Shown one piece after another: positions 48,777 to 58,219 of a DNA stretch of 64,000 nt (the stretch's first letter is position 1; every line of letters starts with the position of its first letter). The notes beneath the pieces were generated by a model. The model saw only the letters and a list, made by a program, of their open reading frames with translations, had not been told where the DNA came from and did no database searches. Source of the stretch: Candidatus Krumholzibacteriia bacterium (GTDB lineage: Bacteria; Krumholzibacteriota; Krumholzibacteriia; JAJRXK01); NCBI GenBank assembly GCA_041484665.1, contig JBGPIA010000001.1:64001-128000 (forward strand), given 5' to 3'. The position numbers were made by a program, and so were the translations under genes.

Positions 48777-49841
48777 ATGCGCGTCCTCATTACCGGCTTC
48801 ACCGGTTTCGTCGGCAGCCACCTGGCGGACCACCTGCTCACGCGCCCCGGTGTGGAGGTCTTCGGCCTCTACCGATGGCGCAGTCGTTTCGAGAACGTGG
48901 AGCACCTGCGCGGCAAGGTGACCTTCCTCGAAGGCGACATCGCAGACGCGGCCGCCATGCGCCATGTGCTGGAGATCGCGCGCCCGGACTGGATCTTCCA
49001 CCTCGCCGCCCAATCGTTCGTGCCCACCAGCTGGACCAGCCCGGGTGAGACCCTCGACGTCAATATCCAGGGACAGCTCAACGTGTTCGAGGCGGTGCGG
49101 GCGCTGGGCCTAGATCCGCGCATCCAAATCGCGTGCAGCAGCGAGGAGTACGGTCTGGTGCTGCCCGAGGAGGTCCCGATCAAGGAGGAGAACCCGCTGC
49201 GACCGCTGTCGCCGTACGCGGTGAGCAAGGTTGCCCAGGACATGCTCGCCTACCAGTACCACCGCAGCTACGGAATCGACGTGGTGCGCACGCGCGGCTT
49301 CAACCACACGGGCCCGCGCCGCGGCTCGGTGTTCGTTTGCAGCAACTTCGCATTCCAGGTAGCGCAGATCGCGGCCGGGCTGCGCGAGCCGGTGATCTAC
49401 GTGGGGAATCTGGAGGCCAGCCGAGACTTCACCGACGTGCGCGACATGGTGCGTGGATACGTGCTGGCGCTGGAGCGCGGCACCAAGGGTGAGGTGTACA
49501 ACATTTGCAGTGGGCGCAGCTGGAAGATCTCCGCCATGCTGGACATGCTCGTGGAGCTCGGGAAGATCAAGGTCAGAATCCAGCCCGACCCAAGCCGCAT
49601 GCGCCCCAGCGATGTGGAGACCCTGCAGGGGGATCCGAGCCGATTCATGGCGGCCACCGGCTGGAAGCCCACGATCGAGTTCCGCCAGACGTTGACCGAC
49701 CTGCTCGAGCACTGGCGCGACGTGCTGCGACGCTCGCCCCGGGGTTTACATGACCCCCAGGACGTCATGCGCCCGGCGGGTGTCACCGCCGGCACGACTG
49801 GCGGCACGGCCGGCGGCGGGCGCGCGCGCGGCGGCCGGTAG
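48777..49841 (+). CDS. GDP-mannose 4,6-dehydratase / Rmd-like SDR enzyme
   Basis: ITGFTGFVGSHL, HLAAQSFV, SSEEYG, PYAVSK, FNHTGP, RDFTDVRD. Confidence 0.9.
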   Translation: MRVLITGFTGFVGSHLADHLLTRPGVEVFGLYRWRSRFENVEHLRGKVTFLEGDIADAAAMRHVLEIARPDWIFHLAAQSFVPTSWTSPGETLDVNIQGQLNVFEAVRALGLDPRIQIACSSEEYGLVLPEEVPIKEENPLRPLSPYAVSKVAQDMLAYQYHRSYGIDVVRTRGFNHTGPRRGSVFVCSNFAFQVAQIAAGLREPVIYVGNLEASRDFTDVRDMVRGYVLALERGTKGEVYNICSGRSWKISAMLDMLVELGKIKVRIQPDPSRMRPSDVETLQGDPSRFMAATGWKPTIEFRQTLTDLLEHWRDVLRRSPRGLHDPQDVMRPAGVTAGTTGGTAGGGRARGGR

Positions 49842-49846
49842 CGCGC

Positions 49847-50851
49847 GTGGCCGGCGTGGGCGACTCGCCCTTGAGGACCGCGTGGGTCACGGGCTGCTTC
49901 GGCTTCGCGGGGCGCCACCTCACCGCAGAGCTGAATCGGCGCGGGACGCGCGTGATCGCCATCGACCGCCCCGGCAAGGAGCCGCCCGCCTGGCTCGCGC
50001 AGGCGCAGGCCGAGCCCCTGGAGCTCGATCTGCTCGACGCGCAGGCCGTCGTTGCGCAGCTGCATCGCTCTGCGCCCTCCCAGGTCTATCATCTGGCCGC
50101 CCTCAGCAGCGCCGCGGAGTCGTTCCAGTCACCTGGGGCGACCCTGCGCGTCAACGTGGAAGGAACCGCCGGATTGCTGGAGGGCCTGCGCGCCCATGCG
50201 CTCAGCAGCCCCCCACCACGGCTGCTGGCCGTGGGCAGCTGTGAGGAGTACGGTACCCCCGACGACCTTGGCGAGCGCCCGATCGCCGAGGACCATCCCC
50301 TGCGCCCTGCCAGTCCCTACGCGGTCAGCAAGGCGGCGCAGACCTTGCTGTGCCTGCAGTACCATCGGGCCTACGGGCTCCCGGTGGTGTGCACGCGCAG
50401 CTTCACCCACACCGGGCCCGGGCAGAGCGACCGGTTCGTCTTCTCCAGTTTCGCCCGCCAGGTGGCGGAGCTGGAAGTGCAGCCGCCCCAGGCGGGCGGG
50501 CGCATCCGGGTGGGCAACCTGGAGGCGGTGCGCGACGTGAGCGACGTACGGGACGTGGTGCGCGCCTACGTCGAGCTGCTCGACTTGGCCGAGGCGGGCA
50601 CGGTGGTCAACGTGTGCTCGGGGCGCGGGCTGCGCATCCGCGAGGGGCTGGAGCTACTCCTGCGACGGGCGGCCCGGCCGATCCCGGTGGAGATGGACCC
50701 GACCCGGCTGCGCCCGCTGGATGTTCCTGTGTTCGTCGGCAACGCGGCGCGGCTGCGGTCGATCTTGGGGTGGATCCCGCAGATACCGATCGAACGGACC
50801 CTGGACGATCTGCTGGCCAGCTGGCGCCAGCAGCTGCGGGCGGGCTCCTAG
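49847..50851 (+). CDS. GDP-4-keto-6-deoxymannose reductase-like SDR enzyme (paralog)
   Basis: VTGCFGFAGRHL, HLAA, PYAVSK, HTGPGQ, RDVSDVRDVVRAY. Confidence 0.88.
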   Translation: MAGVGDSPLRTAWVTGCFGFAGRHLTAELNRRGTRVIAIDRPGKEPPAWLAQAQAEPLELDLLDAQAVVAQLHRSAPSQVYHLAALSSAAESFQSPGATLRVNVEGTAGLLEGLRAHALSSPPPRLLAVGSCEEYGTPDDLGERPIAEDHPLRPASPYAVSKAAQTLLCLQYHRAYGLPVVCTRSFTHTGPGQSDRFVFSSFARQVAELEVQPPQAGGRIRVGNLEAVRDVSDVRDVVRAYVELLDLAEAGTVVNVCSGRGLRIREGLELLLRRAARPIPVEMDPTRLRPLDVPVFVGNAARLRSILGWIPQIPIERTLDDLLASWRQQLRAGS

Positions 50852-50916
50852 CAGAACCAGGCAGCGGCGCGCGGCGGCGCCGGGCGGCCAAGCGGGCGAG
50901 CGCGGGAGGAGGAGAC

Positions 50917-52224
50917 GTGGCACGGATCTGCATCGTGGGCAGCGGATACGTCGGGCTGGTCACTGGCGCCTGCTTCGCCGACTTTGGGCACGAGGTGGCG
51001 TGCGTCGACATCAACGCACAGCGCATCGCGACCCTCCAGCGCGGCGACGTCCCGTTCTACGAGCCTGGCCTGGACGTGCTGGTGCGCCGAAACCAAGCCG
51101 CACGCCGGCTGCGCTTCACGACCACCCTGGAGGAGGACGTCGCAGGCGCCGACGTGATCATGATCGCCGTCCAGACGCCCAGCGGCGAGCAGGGTGAGGC
51201 CGATCTCAGCCACGTGCTGTCCGTTGGCCGCCAGGTTGGAACGCTGCTGCCGCCGGACGGTTACCGCGTGATCGTGACCAAGAGCACCGTGCCCGTAGGC
51301 ACCTCGCGCACGCTGGAGCAGGCGGTGCGCGCGGCGGCGCCCCCTGGGGCCGAATTCGACGTGGCGAGCAATCCGGAGTTCCTGCGCGAGGGCAGCGCGA
51401 TCGAGGACTTCATGCGCCCCGACCGCGTCGTGATCGGCGTGCAAACCGAGCGCGCCGGCGACCTGATGCGTGAGCTCTACCGCCCACTCTTCCTGCTCGA
51501 GACGCCCATCGTGGTGACCTCAATCCAGTCGGCAGAGCTCGTCAAGTACGCCAGCAATGCCTTCCTGGCGGTGAAGATCAGCTTCATCAATGAGATCGCC
51601 AATCTCTGCGAGCGGGTGGGCGCCGATGTGGGCGTGGTCGCCCGCACCATGGGGCTGGACCGGCGGATCGGGTCCAAGTTCCTCCACGCAGGGTTGGGCT
51701 TCGGCGGCTCCTGCCTGCCCAAGGACACCCGCGCCATCACGTATATGGCGCAGGAGCACGGCGAGCAGATGGGGCTCGTCGAGGCGGCGATCCGCGTGAA
51801 CGAGCAGCGCGTGGTCCGCGCCGTGCAGAAGTTGGAGGAGCTGGGCGGCGACCTGAAGGGCCGCACCGTGGCCCTGCTCGGGCTGGCCTTCAAGCCCAAC
51901 ACCGACGATCTGCGCGAGGCCCCCAGCCTGCGTCTGATCCCCATGCTGCGCGAGCGTGGCGCGCGCGTGCGCGCCTGCGATCCCGAGGCGACGCAGTCGG
52001 CGCTGCGCATCTTCCCAGACCTGGAGACTTGCGACGATGTCTACGAGTGCGCGCGCGCAGCGGATGCGTGCATGCTCGTGACCGAATGGAATCCCTACCG
52101 CGAGATCGATCTGGCACGGCTGAAGGCCGTCATGCGCGGCAACGTGTTCGTCGACTGCCGCAATGTCTACCCACCTCACCGCATGCGTGCCCTGGGCTTC
52201 CACTACGAGAGCTTCGGGCGCTGA
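50917..52224 (+). CDS. ugd: UDP-glucose/GDP-mannose dehydrogenase
   Basis: GSGYVGL, KSTVPVG, NPEFLREG, GFGGSCLPKD, FKPNTDDLRE. Confidence 0.94.
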   Translation: MARICIVGSGYVGLVTGACFADFGHEVACVDINAQRIATLQRGDVPFYEPGLDVLVRRNQAARRLRFTTTLEEDVAGADVIMIAVQTPSGEQGEADLSHVLSVGRQVGTLLPPDGYRVIVTKSTVPVGTSRTLEQAVRAAAPPGAEFDVASNPEFLREGSAIEDFMRPDRVVIGVQTERAGDLMRELYRPLFLLETPIVVTSIQSAELVKYASNAFLAVKISFINEIANLCERVGADVGVVARTMGLDRRIGSKFLHAGLGFGGSCLPKDTRAITYMAQEHGEQMGLVEAAIRVNEQRVVRAVQKLEELGGDLKGRTVALLGLAFKPNTDDLREAPSLRLIPMLRERGARVRACDPEATQSALRIFPDLETCDDVYECARAADACMLVTEWNPYREIDLARLKAVMRGNVFVDCRNVYPPHRMRALGFHYESFGR

Positions 52225-52328
52225 CCCCACCGCCCCGTATCCGGCGCGGGGCGCCGCTGGGGCCCCGGCTCAAAGCGACTCCGCGCCCGGCGCGCCCGCC
52301 GGGGCGGCGCAGCGACCGGCGGAAATCC

Positions 52329-52357
52329 TTGACCGGCCGGTGGGCCAGGGGTACACC
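52329..52357 (+). promoter_or_regulatory. Putative sigma70 promoter upstream of the wecA-like gene
   Basis: TTGACC-17 nt-TACACC. Confidence 0.4.
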
Positions 52358-52429
52358 CTTGGCGGCTTGTCGCGCGGCCCGCGCGTTCCTCGCGGGTAGG
52401 CCTGTGGCGCCCCAAGGGATGGTCGACGC

Positions 52430-53668
52430 TTGCACGTCTCCGCCGCCGTCTTCGGGTTCAGCCTGGCTTGCATTTTCTCGCTGGCGCTGACTCCCCTGGT
52501 GAGGCTGCTGGCGGTGCGCCGGCAGCTCCAGGATCTCCCTGGCCCCCACAAGATCCACCGTGTGGCGCGACCGCTCGTGGGAGGGCTGGCGATCTACGCC
52601 GCGCTGGCCCTCTCGCTGCTGGCCACGGCCTATGCCTTTCCGCACCTCGAAGAGAGCTTCCGCGCGCTGGCCCGCGCCGTGGTCGTGGCTGGCGGCCTGG
52701 TGGTCGTCCTGGGGCTGATCGATGATCTGCAGGGCAGCCGCCCGTGGAAGAAGCTGCTCACGCAGGCGCTGGCTGTCGGCGTGGTCCAGGTCCACGTGGA
52801 CGTCCTCGGGCTGGGCTGGACAACTTCGGCCGGACCGCTCCCGATGCTGGTCGCCATCGCATTGGTCGTTCCTTGGGTGGTGGGCGTGACCAACGCCATG
52901 AACCTGATCGACGGCCTCGACGGGCTCGCCTCGGGCGTGGCGGCAGCCAGCGGGTTGGGGCTCTTGGCGCTGGGGTGGGCCCTGGGCCAGCCGGTGCCGG
53001 CGGTGGTGGCGGCGGTCGTGGTCGGCGCGGCCCTGGGCTTCCTGCGCAGCAACGCCCACCCCGCGAAGATCTTCATGGGCGACACGGGCAGCATGTTCCT
53101 GGGCTTCGTGCTCGCGATCCTGGGCGCCCGCCTCTTCCACAGTCGCCCCCAGCCTCTGACGCTGCTGGCGCTGATCCTGATCTTGTGGGTTCCCTGCATT
53201 GACGCCGTCTACGCGGTCCTACGGCGCTGGGCGGGCCGGCGCAGCATCTTCCGACCGGATCGTGGCCACATCCACCATCGCCTGCTGGACGCCGGTCTCT
53301 CGCAGCGCAGCGCAGGCCTCGCGCTGTGCTGCCTGTCGGCGCTGGGCGCGCTGGCCGGAGTGCAGGTCGGCCGCGGGCAGAGCCCGCTGCCCTGGACCGG
53401 CTCGGTGCTGCTGGCCACGCTGCCGCTGGCCATCGTGCTGCGGACACGGCGCGCCCAGCCAGCGCTGGCGCCGGGCGCGGCGCTCGGGGCCACGCTGGGT
53501 CCCGCCGCGGCGGCGCGGGTCGCGGGCGCCGCCGTCCGCACTGCCAGCGCGGGGCGCACGGCGGGCAGCCCGGTGCGCGTGCCAGGCGCCACGCCGCCCG
53601 CGGACCAGCAGGCGCTCGAGCCCGCGGCCCTGGCTCCCCAAGCCGTCTCCCAGGATCGGGCCGCCTAG
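52430..53668 (+). CDS. WecA/TagO-like undecaprenyl-phosphate GlcNAc-1-phosphate transferase (MraY family)
   Basis: GLIDD, NAMNLIDGLDGL, FMGDTGS, DRGHIHHRL. Confidence 0.92.
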   Translation: MHVSAAVFGFSLACIFSLALTPLVRLLAVRRQLQDLPGPHKIHRVARPLVGGLAIYAALALSLLATAYAFPHLEESFRALARAVVVAGGLVVVLGLIDDLQGSRPWKKLLTQALAVGVVQVHVDVLGLGWTTSAGPLPMLVAIALVVPWVVGVTNAMNLIDGLDGLASGVAAASGLGLLALGWALGQPVPAVVAAVVVGAALGFLRSNAHPAKIFMGDTGSMFLGFVLAILGARLFHSRPQPLTLLALILILWVPCIDAVYAVLRRWAGRRSIFRPDRGHIHHRLLDAGLSQRSAGLALCCLSALGALAGVQVGRGQSPLPWTGSVLLATLPLAIVLRTRRAQPALAPGAALGATLGPAAAARVAGAAVRTASAGRTAGSPVRVPGATPPADQQALEPAALAPQAVSQDRAA

Positions 53669-53765
53669 CCGCTCTTGCGCAAGTGCCCTCCAGCCTGCAA
53701 GGTTGGAGGCGCCACGCTCCCACCGGAGCTCTGCTCGACCCGCGCTTCACATCCGCGCCAGAGGC

Positions 53766-54827
53766 ATGGACGACCGCCCCCTCACCATCGGAGCCCACGA
53801 GGGAGGCCTGGCGCGCGCGCAGGCCGACCGGCTCGTCCACCTGCTGCGCAGGACGCGGCCGAAATACCCCATCCACCTCGAGGTGGTGAGCACCCGCAGG
53901 CCCAAGCCGGAGCACGTCCATTTCGAGCACATCGCCGAGCACCACGGCGCGCAGCGCACGCTGCACAAGCTGCTGCGCGACGGCGAGGTCGACGTGGTGA
54001 TCCACCGCGGCTTCGACCTGAGGGCCCAGTACATGGAGGATCTACAGGTCTCCTCGGTCCTGCAGCGCAGCTCCCCCTACGACGCCCTGCTGTCGGCGGA
54101 CGGGCTCACCCTCGACGAGCTGGAGACCGGCACGCGCGTGGGCATCACGCAGCTGCGCACGCGGGTCCAGCTCATGGAGCACCGCGACGACCTGGAGCTG
54201 GTGCAGCTCTCCGGTGACGTGGGGTCGTGGCTGACAGAGCTGATCGAGAGCCGCATCGAGGCGCTGGTGATGCCCAACGCGGCCCTGGAGCACCTCGGCT
54301 TGCAGGAGCGCGTTTGCGAGATCTTCCCGCCCGAGTTGCTGCTACCGGCACCGGGAGCGGGCGTGTTGGTGTGCGTCACGCGCCGCGACGACCGGACGAC
54401 GGCCGCGCGCCTGACCCCGCTCAATGACGAGGCCACCGCCGCCGAGTACACGGCCGAGGTGGCGGTGATCGAGGCGCTCGCCTGCCGGTGGGAGTCGGCG
54501 ACCGCGGTGCTGGCACAGACGCTCGGCGAGCGGATGCGGGTGTTGGCCATGGTCGCCGGCACGGACGGCGCGCAGATCCTCAGGCAAGGCGTCGAAAGCC
54601 GGGCGGACGATCCACTGGGTCTGGGACGACGGCTGGCGGAGCTGTTGTTCGAGGCGGGTGCCGGCGCGCTGCTGCGTCCGCAGGAGGACGCGCAGGAGAG
54701 CGGCAGCTCGACTGCGATCCTGGTGGCAGCGAGCCAGGGCTTCCGGTGCGGCGAGCTGGACCGCGAGGAATCGGCGCAGCTCGACGAGAGCGACGAATCA
54801 TTTCGCAAGCCGGATGAGGAGGACTGA
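53766..54827 (+). CDS. Divergent hydroxymethylbilane synthase (HemC)-like protein, likely non-catalytic
   Basis: HemC framework (LARAQA, GEVDVVIH, PYDAL, LLPAPGAGVL, LGRRLAELL) with key residues replaced. Confidence 0.75.
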   Translation: MDDRPLTIGAHEGGLARAQADRLVHLLRRTRPKYPIHLEVVSTRRPKPEHVHFEHIAEHHGAQRTLHKLLRDGEVDVVIHRGFDLRAQYMEDLQVSSVLQRSSPYDALLSADGLTLDELETGTRVGITQLRTRVQLMEHRDDLELVQLSGDVGSWLTELIESRIEALVMPNAALEHLGLQERVCEIFPPELLLPAPGAGVLVCVTRRDDRTTAARLTPLNDEATAAEYTAEVAVIEALACRWESATAVLAQTLGERMRVLAMVAGTDGAQILRQGVESRADDPLGLGRRLAELLFEAGAGALLRPQEDAQESGSSTAILVAASQGFRCGELDREESAQLDESDESFRKPDEED

Positions 54828-54829
54828 CC

Positions 54830-55819
54830 GTGGAGGAGATCCTGGACGTCGTGCTGCTGCTGGCCCTGCCCGCCTCCGGCAAGTCCGAGGTGCGCACGTA
54901 CCTCGCCCACGTGCCAGCCGCGCAGGCCCGCCGCGATTTCCACATGGGCGTGACCCTGCAGCTGGATGACTATCCGTACGTCCACATGATGCGCCGTATC
55001 TCCGAAGAGTTGCGCCGGGGCGGTCACGACGGCGTCTTCTTCGCCAGCCACGACGAGCCGTTCCTGGAGCCGCGTGATTGGGGCACGCTGATCGAGCTGC
55101 TCAACGAGGACTTCGAGGACCTGAAGGCGCTGCGGCGCATCGAGGTGGCATCGGCAGCGGCGTGGTTGTTCGAACGATTTGACGCGTCGCGACGGAAGGT
55201 GGGAGCGAATCCGGAGCTGGGACTGTTGCCGGCACGGTTGCGCGCTGCGTTGGTCGATGCCCTCGAGCCGGAGGCGCGCAGACTCCTGGCGGACAAACTG
55301 GCGGCGTACCCGCCCCATCCGGCGGACTTGCAGGGCAGTACGATCGTCGCCGAGTTCGCCCGCGGCGGCCCGCAGGGAACCAGCATGCCGCTGCCGGCGC
55401 CCCTGGGCTATCAGTACTCACTCGCGCGGCTGTCGGACGCGATCCTCGCGCGGGCGTCGATCCTGTACGTGTGGGTGACGCCGGAAGAGTCCCGCCGCAA
55501 GAACGAGCAGCGCGCCCGCCCGGGCCGCGCGGGCGATGCCTCGATCCTCCACCATGGCGTACCCATCAAGGTGATGCTGGGCGACTACGGAGTGGACGAC
55601 CTGGCGTATCTGATCGATACGAGCGACCGGGCGGGGACCGTCCGGGTGGAGACGCGCGGGCGGACGTTTCACCTGCCCGTGGCGCGCTTCGACAACCGGG
55701 TGGACAAGACCTCGTTCATCCGCGAGGACCCCGGCCGGTGGACGCCGGAGCACATTGACGCGGTCCACGCCGGGCTGCAGGGGGCCCTCGAAGAACTCGC
55801 GAAGGCGCGCCGCACGTAA
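54830..55819 (+). CDS. Hypothetical P-loop protein
   Basis: N-terminal LLALPASGKSE Walker A-like motif; GAGGAGG RBS; coding-like codon usage. Confidence 0.75.
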   Translation: MEEILDVVLLLALPASGKSEVRTYLAHVPAAQARRDFHMGVTLQLDDYPYVHMMRRISEELRRGGHDGVFFASHDEPFLEPRDWGTLIELLNEDFEDLKALRRIEVASAAAWLFERFDASRRKVGANPELGLLPARLRAALVDALEPEARRLLADKLAAYPPHPADLQGSTIVAEFARGGPQGTSMPLPAPLGYQYSLARLSDAILARASILYVWVTPEESRRKNEQRARPGRAGDASILHHGVPIKVMLGDYGVDDLAYLIDTSDRAGTVRVETRGRTFHLPVARFDNRVDKTSFIREDPGRWTPEHIDAVHAGLQGALEELAKARRT

Positions 55820-56236
55820 CCGGTGTGACGGGTGTGACGGACGCTGCCGCAGGGGCGTGGCCCCAGCGCCCCGTATCCGTCTGCGAGCCAGAGTCGTCTC
55901 CACGGTGTGACGGCAACAGCAGGCGGCCGGTGCTTCACCGCAACGTTGATCTTCCGGACGATGGCCGCATGGGTGGAGCAGGCCCGCGCTTCGGATCGAT
56001 CGTAAGCAGCGCAGCGCCAGCTCGACCTGCCGCCGATCGCTTGCGATCCGCCGCTTCGCCTTCCCAGCCCAGTCCAACTCAAGCGCAGCCAGGCGCGGGC
56101 GGCTGGCCACCACCGATCTGCTGAGCTGGGGCCTGGGGCGGGGGGCCCCCGCGGGGTACGGGTACCTCCACGGCAACCCCTGGCGCCGGCGCCCCGGCCG
56201 GCCGGGTGCAACCTGTCGGGCCCCTTGTCCGTTTAC

Positions 56237-56263
56237 ACTGACCGGAAGGACAAATCGGTCAGT
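56237..56263. promoter_or_regulatory. Putative TetR operator palindrome
   Basis: ACTGACCG-11 nt-CGGTCAGT perfect inverted repeat 14 nt before the TetR start. Confidence 0.7.
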
Positions 56264-56277
56264 ATTCCGGAGACCCC

Positions 56278-56925
56278 ATGCCCGGTCCGATTCCCGACCC
56301 CACAGTCCGTTCGCGTCTGTTGGACGTGGCCGACCGCCTGCTCGCGCGGGACGGCTATCGATGCATGACCATCGACGCGGTGGCCGCGGAATCGGGCGTC
56401 GGCAAGGGCTCGGTCTACCTGCATTTCCGCAGCAAAGAGGACCTGGCGCTGTCCTGCATCGACCGCATGGCCGGACGCATCGTCGCTCGGCTCGAGGCGA
56501 TCGCCGCGCGACGCGCCTCGGCGACCGCCCGCCTGCGCGCCATGCTCACGGCGCGAGTGCTCGAGCGCTTCGATTACGCCTGCAAGCACGCGGCGAGCCT
56601 CGATGCGCTGTTGGCGGCAGTACGTCCCCGGCTGCTGGCGCACCGGGCGGAGCACTTCGGCGCCGAGGCCGACGTTTTCGCGCGCGTGCTGGCCGAAGGT
56701 GGCCGTGACGGCACGCTGCGGGCCGTGCCGGCGGCGTCCACCGCCTGGGCACTGGTCACCGCGACCAACGCCCTGCTGCCATACAGCCTCAGCGCCGCCG
56801 AGTTGGGACGGCGCCCGCAACTGCAACGCCGCACCGCCGCGCTGGCGGCGTTGCTCTTGCGCGGTTTGCTGGCCCCGACGTCTTCACGCACCACTCCATC
56901 CCCACTCCGACGGAGGTCGTCATGA
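56278..56925 (+). CDS. TetR/AcrR family transcriptional regulator
   Basis: TIDAVAAESGVGKGSVYLHFRSKEDL HTH. Confidence 0.93.
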   Translation: MPGPIPDPTVRSRLLDVADRLLARDGYRCMTIDAVAAESGVGKGSVYLHFRSKEDLALSCIDRMAGRIVARLEAIAARRASATARLRAMLTARVLERFDYACKHAASLDALLAAVRPRLLAHRAEHFGAEADVFARVLAEGGRDGTLRAVPAASTAWALVTATNALLPYSLSAAELGRRPQLQRRTAALAALLLRGLLAPTSSRTTPSPLRRRSS

Positions 56926-58055
56926 AGTTCCGGATGCTCTCGTTGCTTCCCATGGCCCTGCTCGGCGCGGCACCCGCGTACGCTCAGTTCGCCCCCCCAG
57001 GCCCTGCGCAGGCCGATATGGCCATCGACGCCGAGGTGCGGACGGCGGTCGTCGATACGCTCACGGAGCGGCTCACCCGCCTCTACCTGTTCCCAGACCA
57101 GGGCAAGACCATCGCCCGGGCGCTCCACAAGCGCCTGGCAGCGCACGAGTACGACCGCGTGACCAGCGCCCGGGAGTTCGCCGACTCGCTCACACAGCAC
57201 CTGCGCGCCGCAAACCACGATCTCCACCTGCGGGTGGGCTACCGGCAGCAAACGTTGCCGATGCTCGATGCGCAAGGCGTGCCCAACGAGGAGGAGCGGC
57301 GCAAGGAGCACGAGCTGGAGCGGCGACTCAACTTCGGCTTCGAGCAGCTGCGCCGCATGCCCGGCAACGTCGGCTATCTCGACCTGCGCATGTTCTCGGG
57401 CGATCCGGCCGCACAGGAGGTTGCCGTCGCGACGATGAACTGGCTGGCGAACACCGACGCGCTGATCATCGACCTGCGACGCAACGGAGGCGGTGACCCC
57501 GTGCTGCTCAACACGATCGTCACGTACCTTACGCCCACCGGCTCCCGGCTGCACATTAACGACTTCTACCAACGGGACGGTGACCGCATTGAGCAGTTCT
57601 ACACCTCCCCCTACCTGCCCGGCCCACGCTATACCGGCAAGCCGGTCTACGTACTGACCAGTCACTTGACGGGTTCGTGCGCCGAGGAGTTCGCGTACGA
57701 CGTGCAGAACATGAAGCTCGCCACTCTCATGGGGACGACGACCGCCGGTGCGGCGCATCCGGGCGGAATGGTCCGCCTGAGCGAGCACTTCGCGGCGTTC
57801 ATCCCCACCGGGCGGCCGATCAACCCGGTCACGAAGACCGACTGGGAAGGCGTCGGCGTGAAGCCGGAACTGCAGGTGCCGCCGGCAGACGCGCTGCGCG
57901 AAGCGCACGTGGCGTTGCTGAAGGTGCTGCGCGAGAAGGCGGGCGCCGATGTCGAGCGGGTTGCGCGCTACGACCGGGCAATGGAGGAGGCCAAGCAGGC
58001 GCCAGCAGAGCCGGCGGACGACTTCGAGCGCCATGGTCCGCACGCGCCGCGTTGA
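56922..58055 (+). CDS. Secreted S41 family peptidase (IRBP-like)
   Basis: Signal peptide; GNVGYLDL, IIDLRRNGGG, TGSCAEEF, GTTTAG, WEGVGVKP. Confidence 0.92.
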   Translation: MKFRMLSLLPMALLGAAPAYAQFAPPGPAQADMAIDAEVRTAVVDTLTERLTRLYLFPDQGKTIARALHKRLAAHEYDRVTSAREFADSLTQHLRAANHDLHLRVGYRQQTLPMLDAQGVPNEEERRKEHELERRLNFGFEQLRRMPGNVGYLDLRMFSGDPAAQEVAVATMNWLANTDALIIDLRRNGGGDPVLLNTIVTYLTPTGSRLHINDFYQRDGDRIEQFYTSPYLPGPRYTGKPVYVLTSHLTGSCAEEFAYDVQNMKLATLMGTTTAGAAHPGGMVRLSEHFAAFIPTGRPINPVTKTDWEGVGVKPELQVPPADALREAHVALLKVLREKAGADVERVARYDRAMEEAKQAPAEPADDFERHGPHAPR

Positions 58056-58219
58056 TGCCGAGGTGGCATGCACGCGTCCCGCCTTCCGCGAGCCGGGGGG
58101 ACGGCGCTCCAGTTCGGCCGGTAAGGGGCTGCGTCGGCGGCGTCCAGTGCGGTCACCGGCGGCGCGTACGTGGCCTGCAGCGAAGGAGAGGTGAAGGGCC
58201 TGGCAGGGCAGAGCCTGTG

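Noticed and set aside
55820..56230. Possible gene remnant in the intergenic region (LELDWAGK on minus strand)
   Set aside because: Too short and no further supporting motifs; cannot be called without a search
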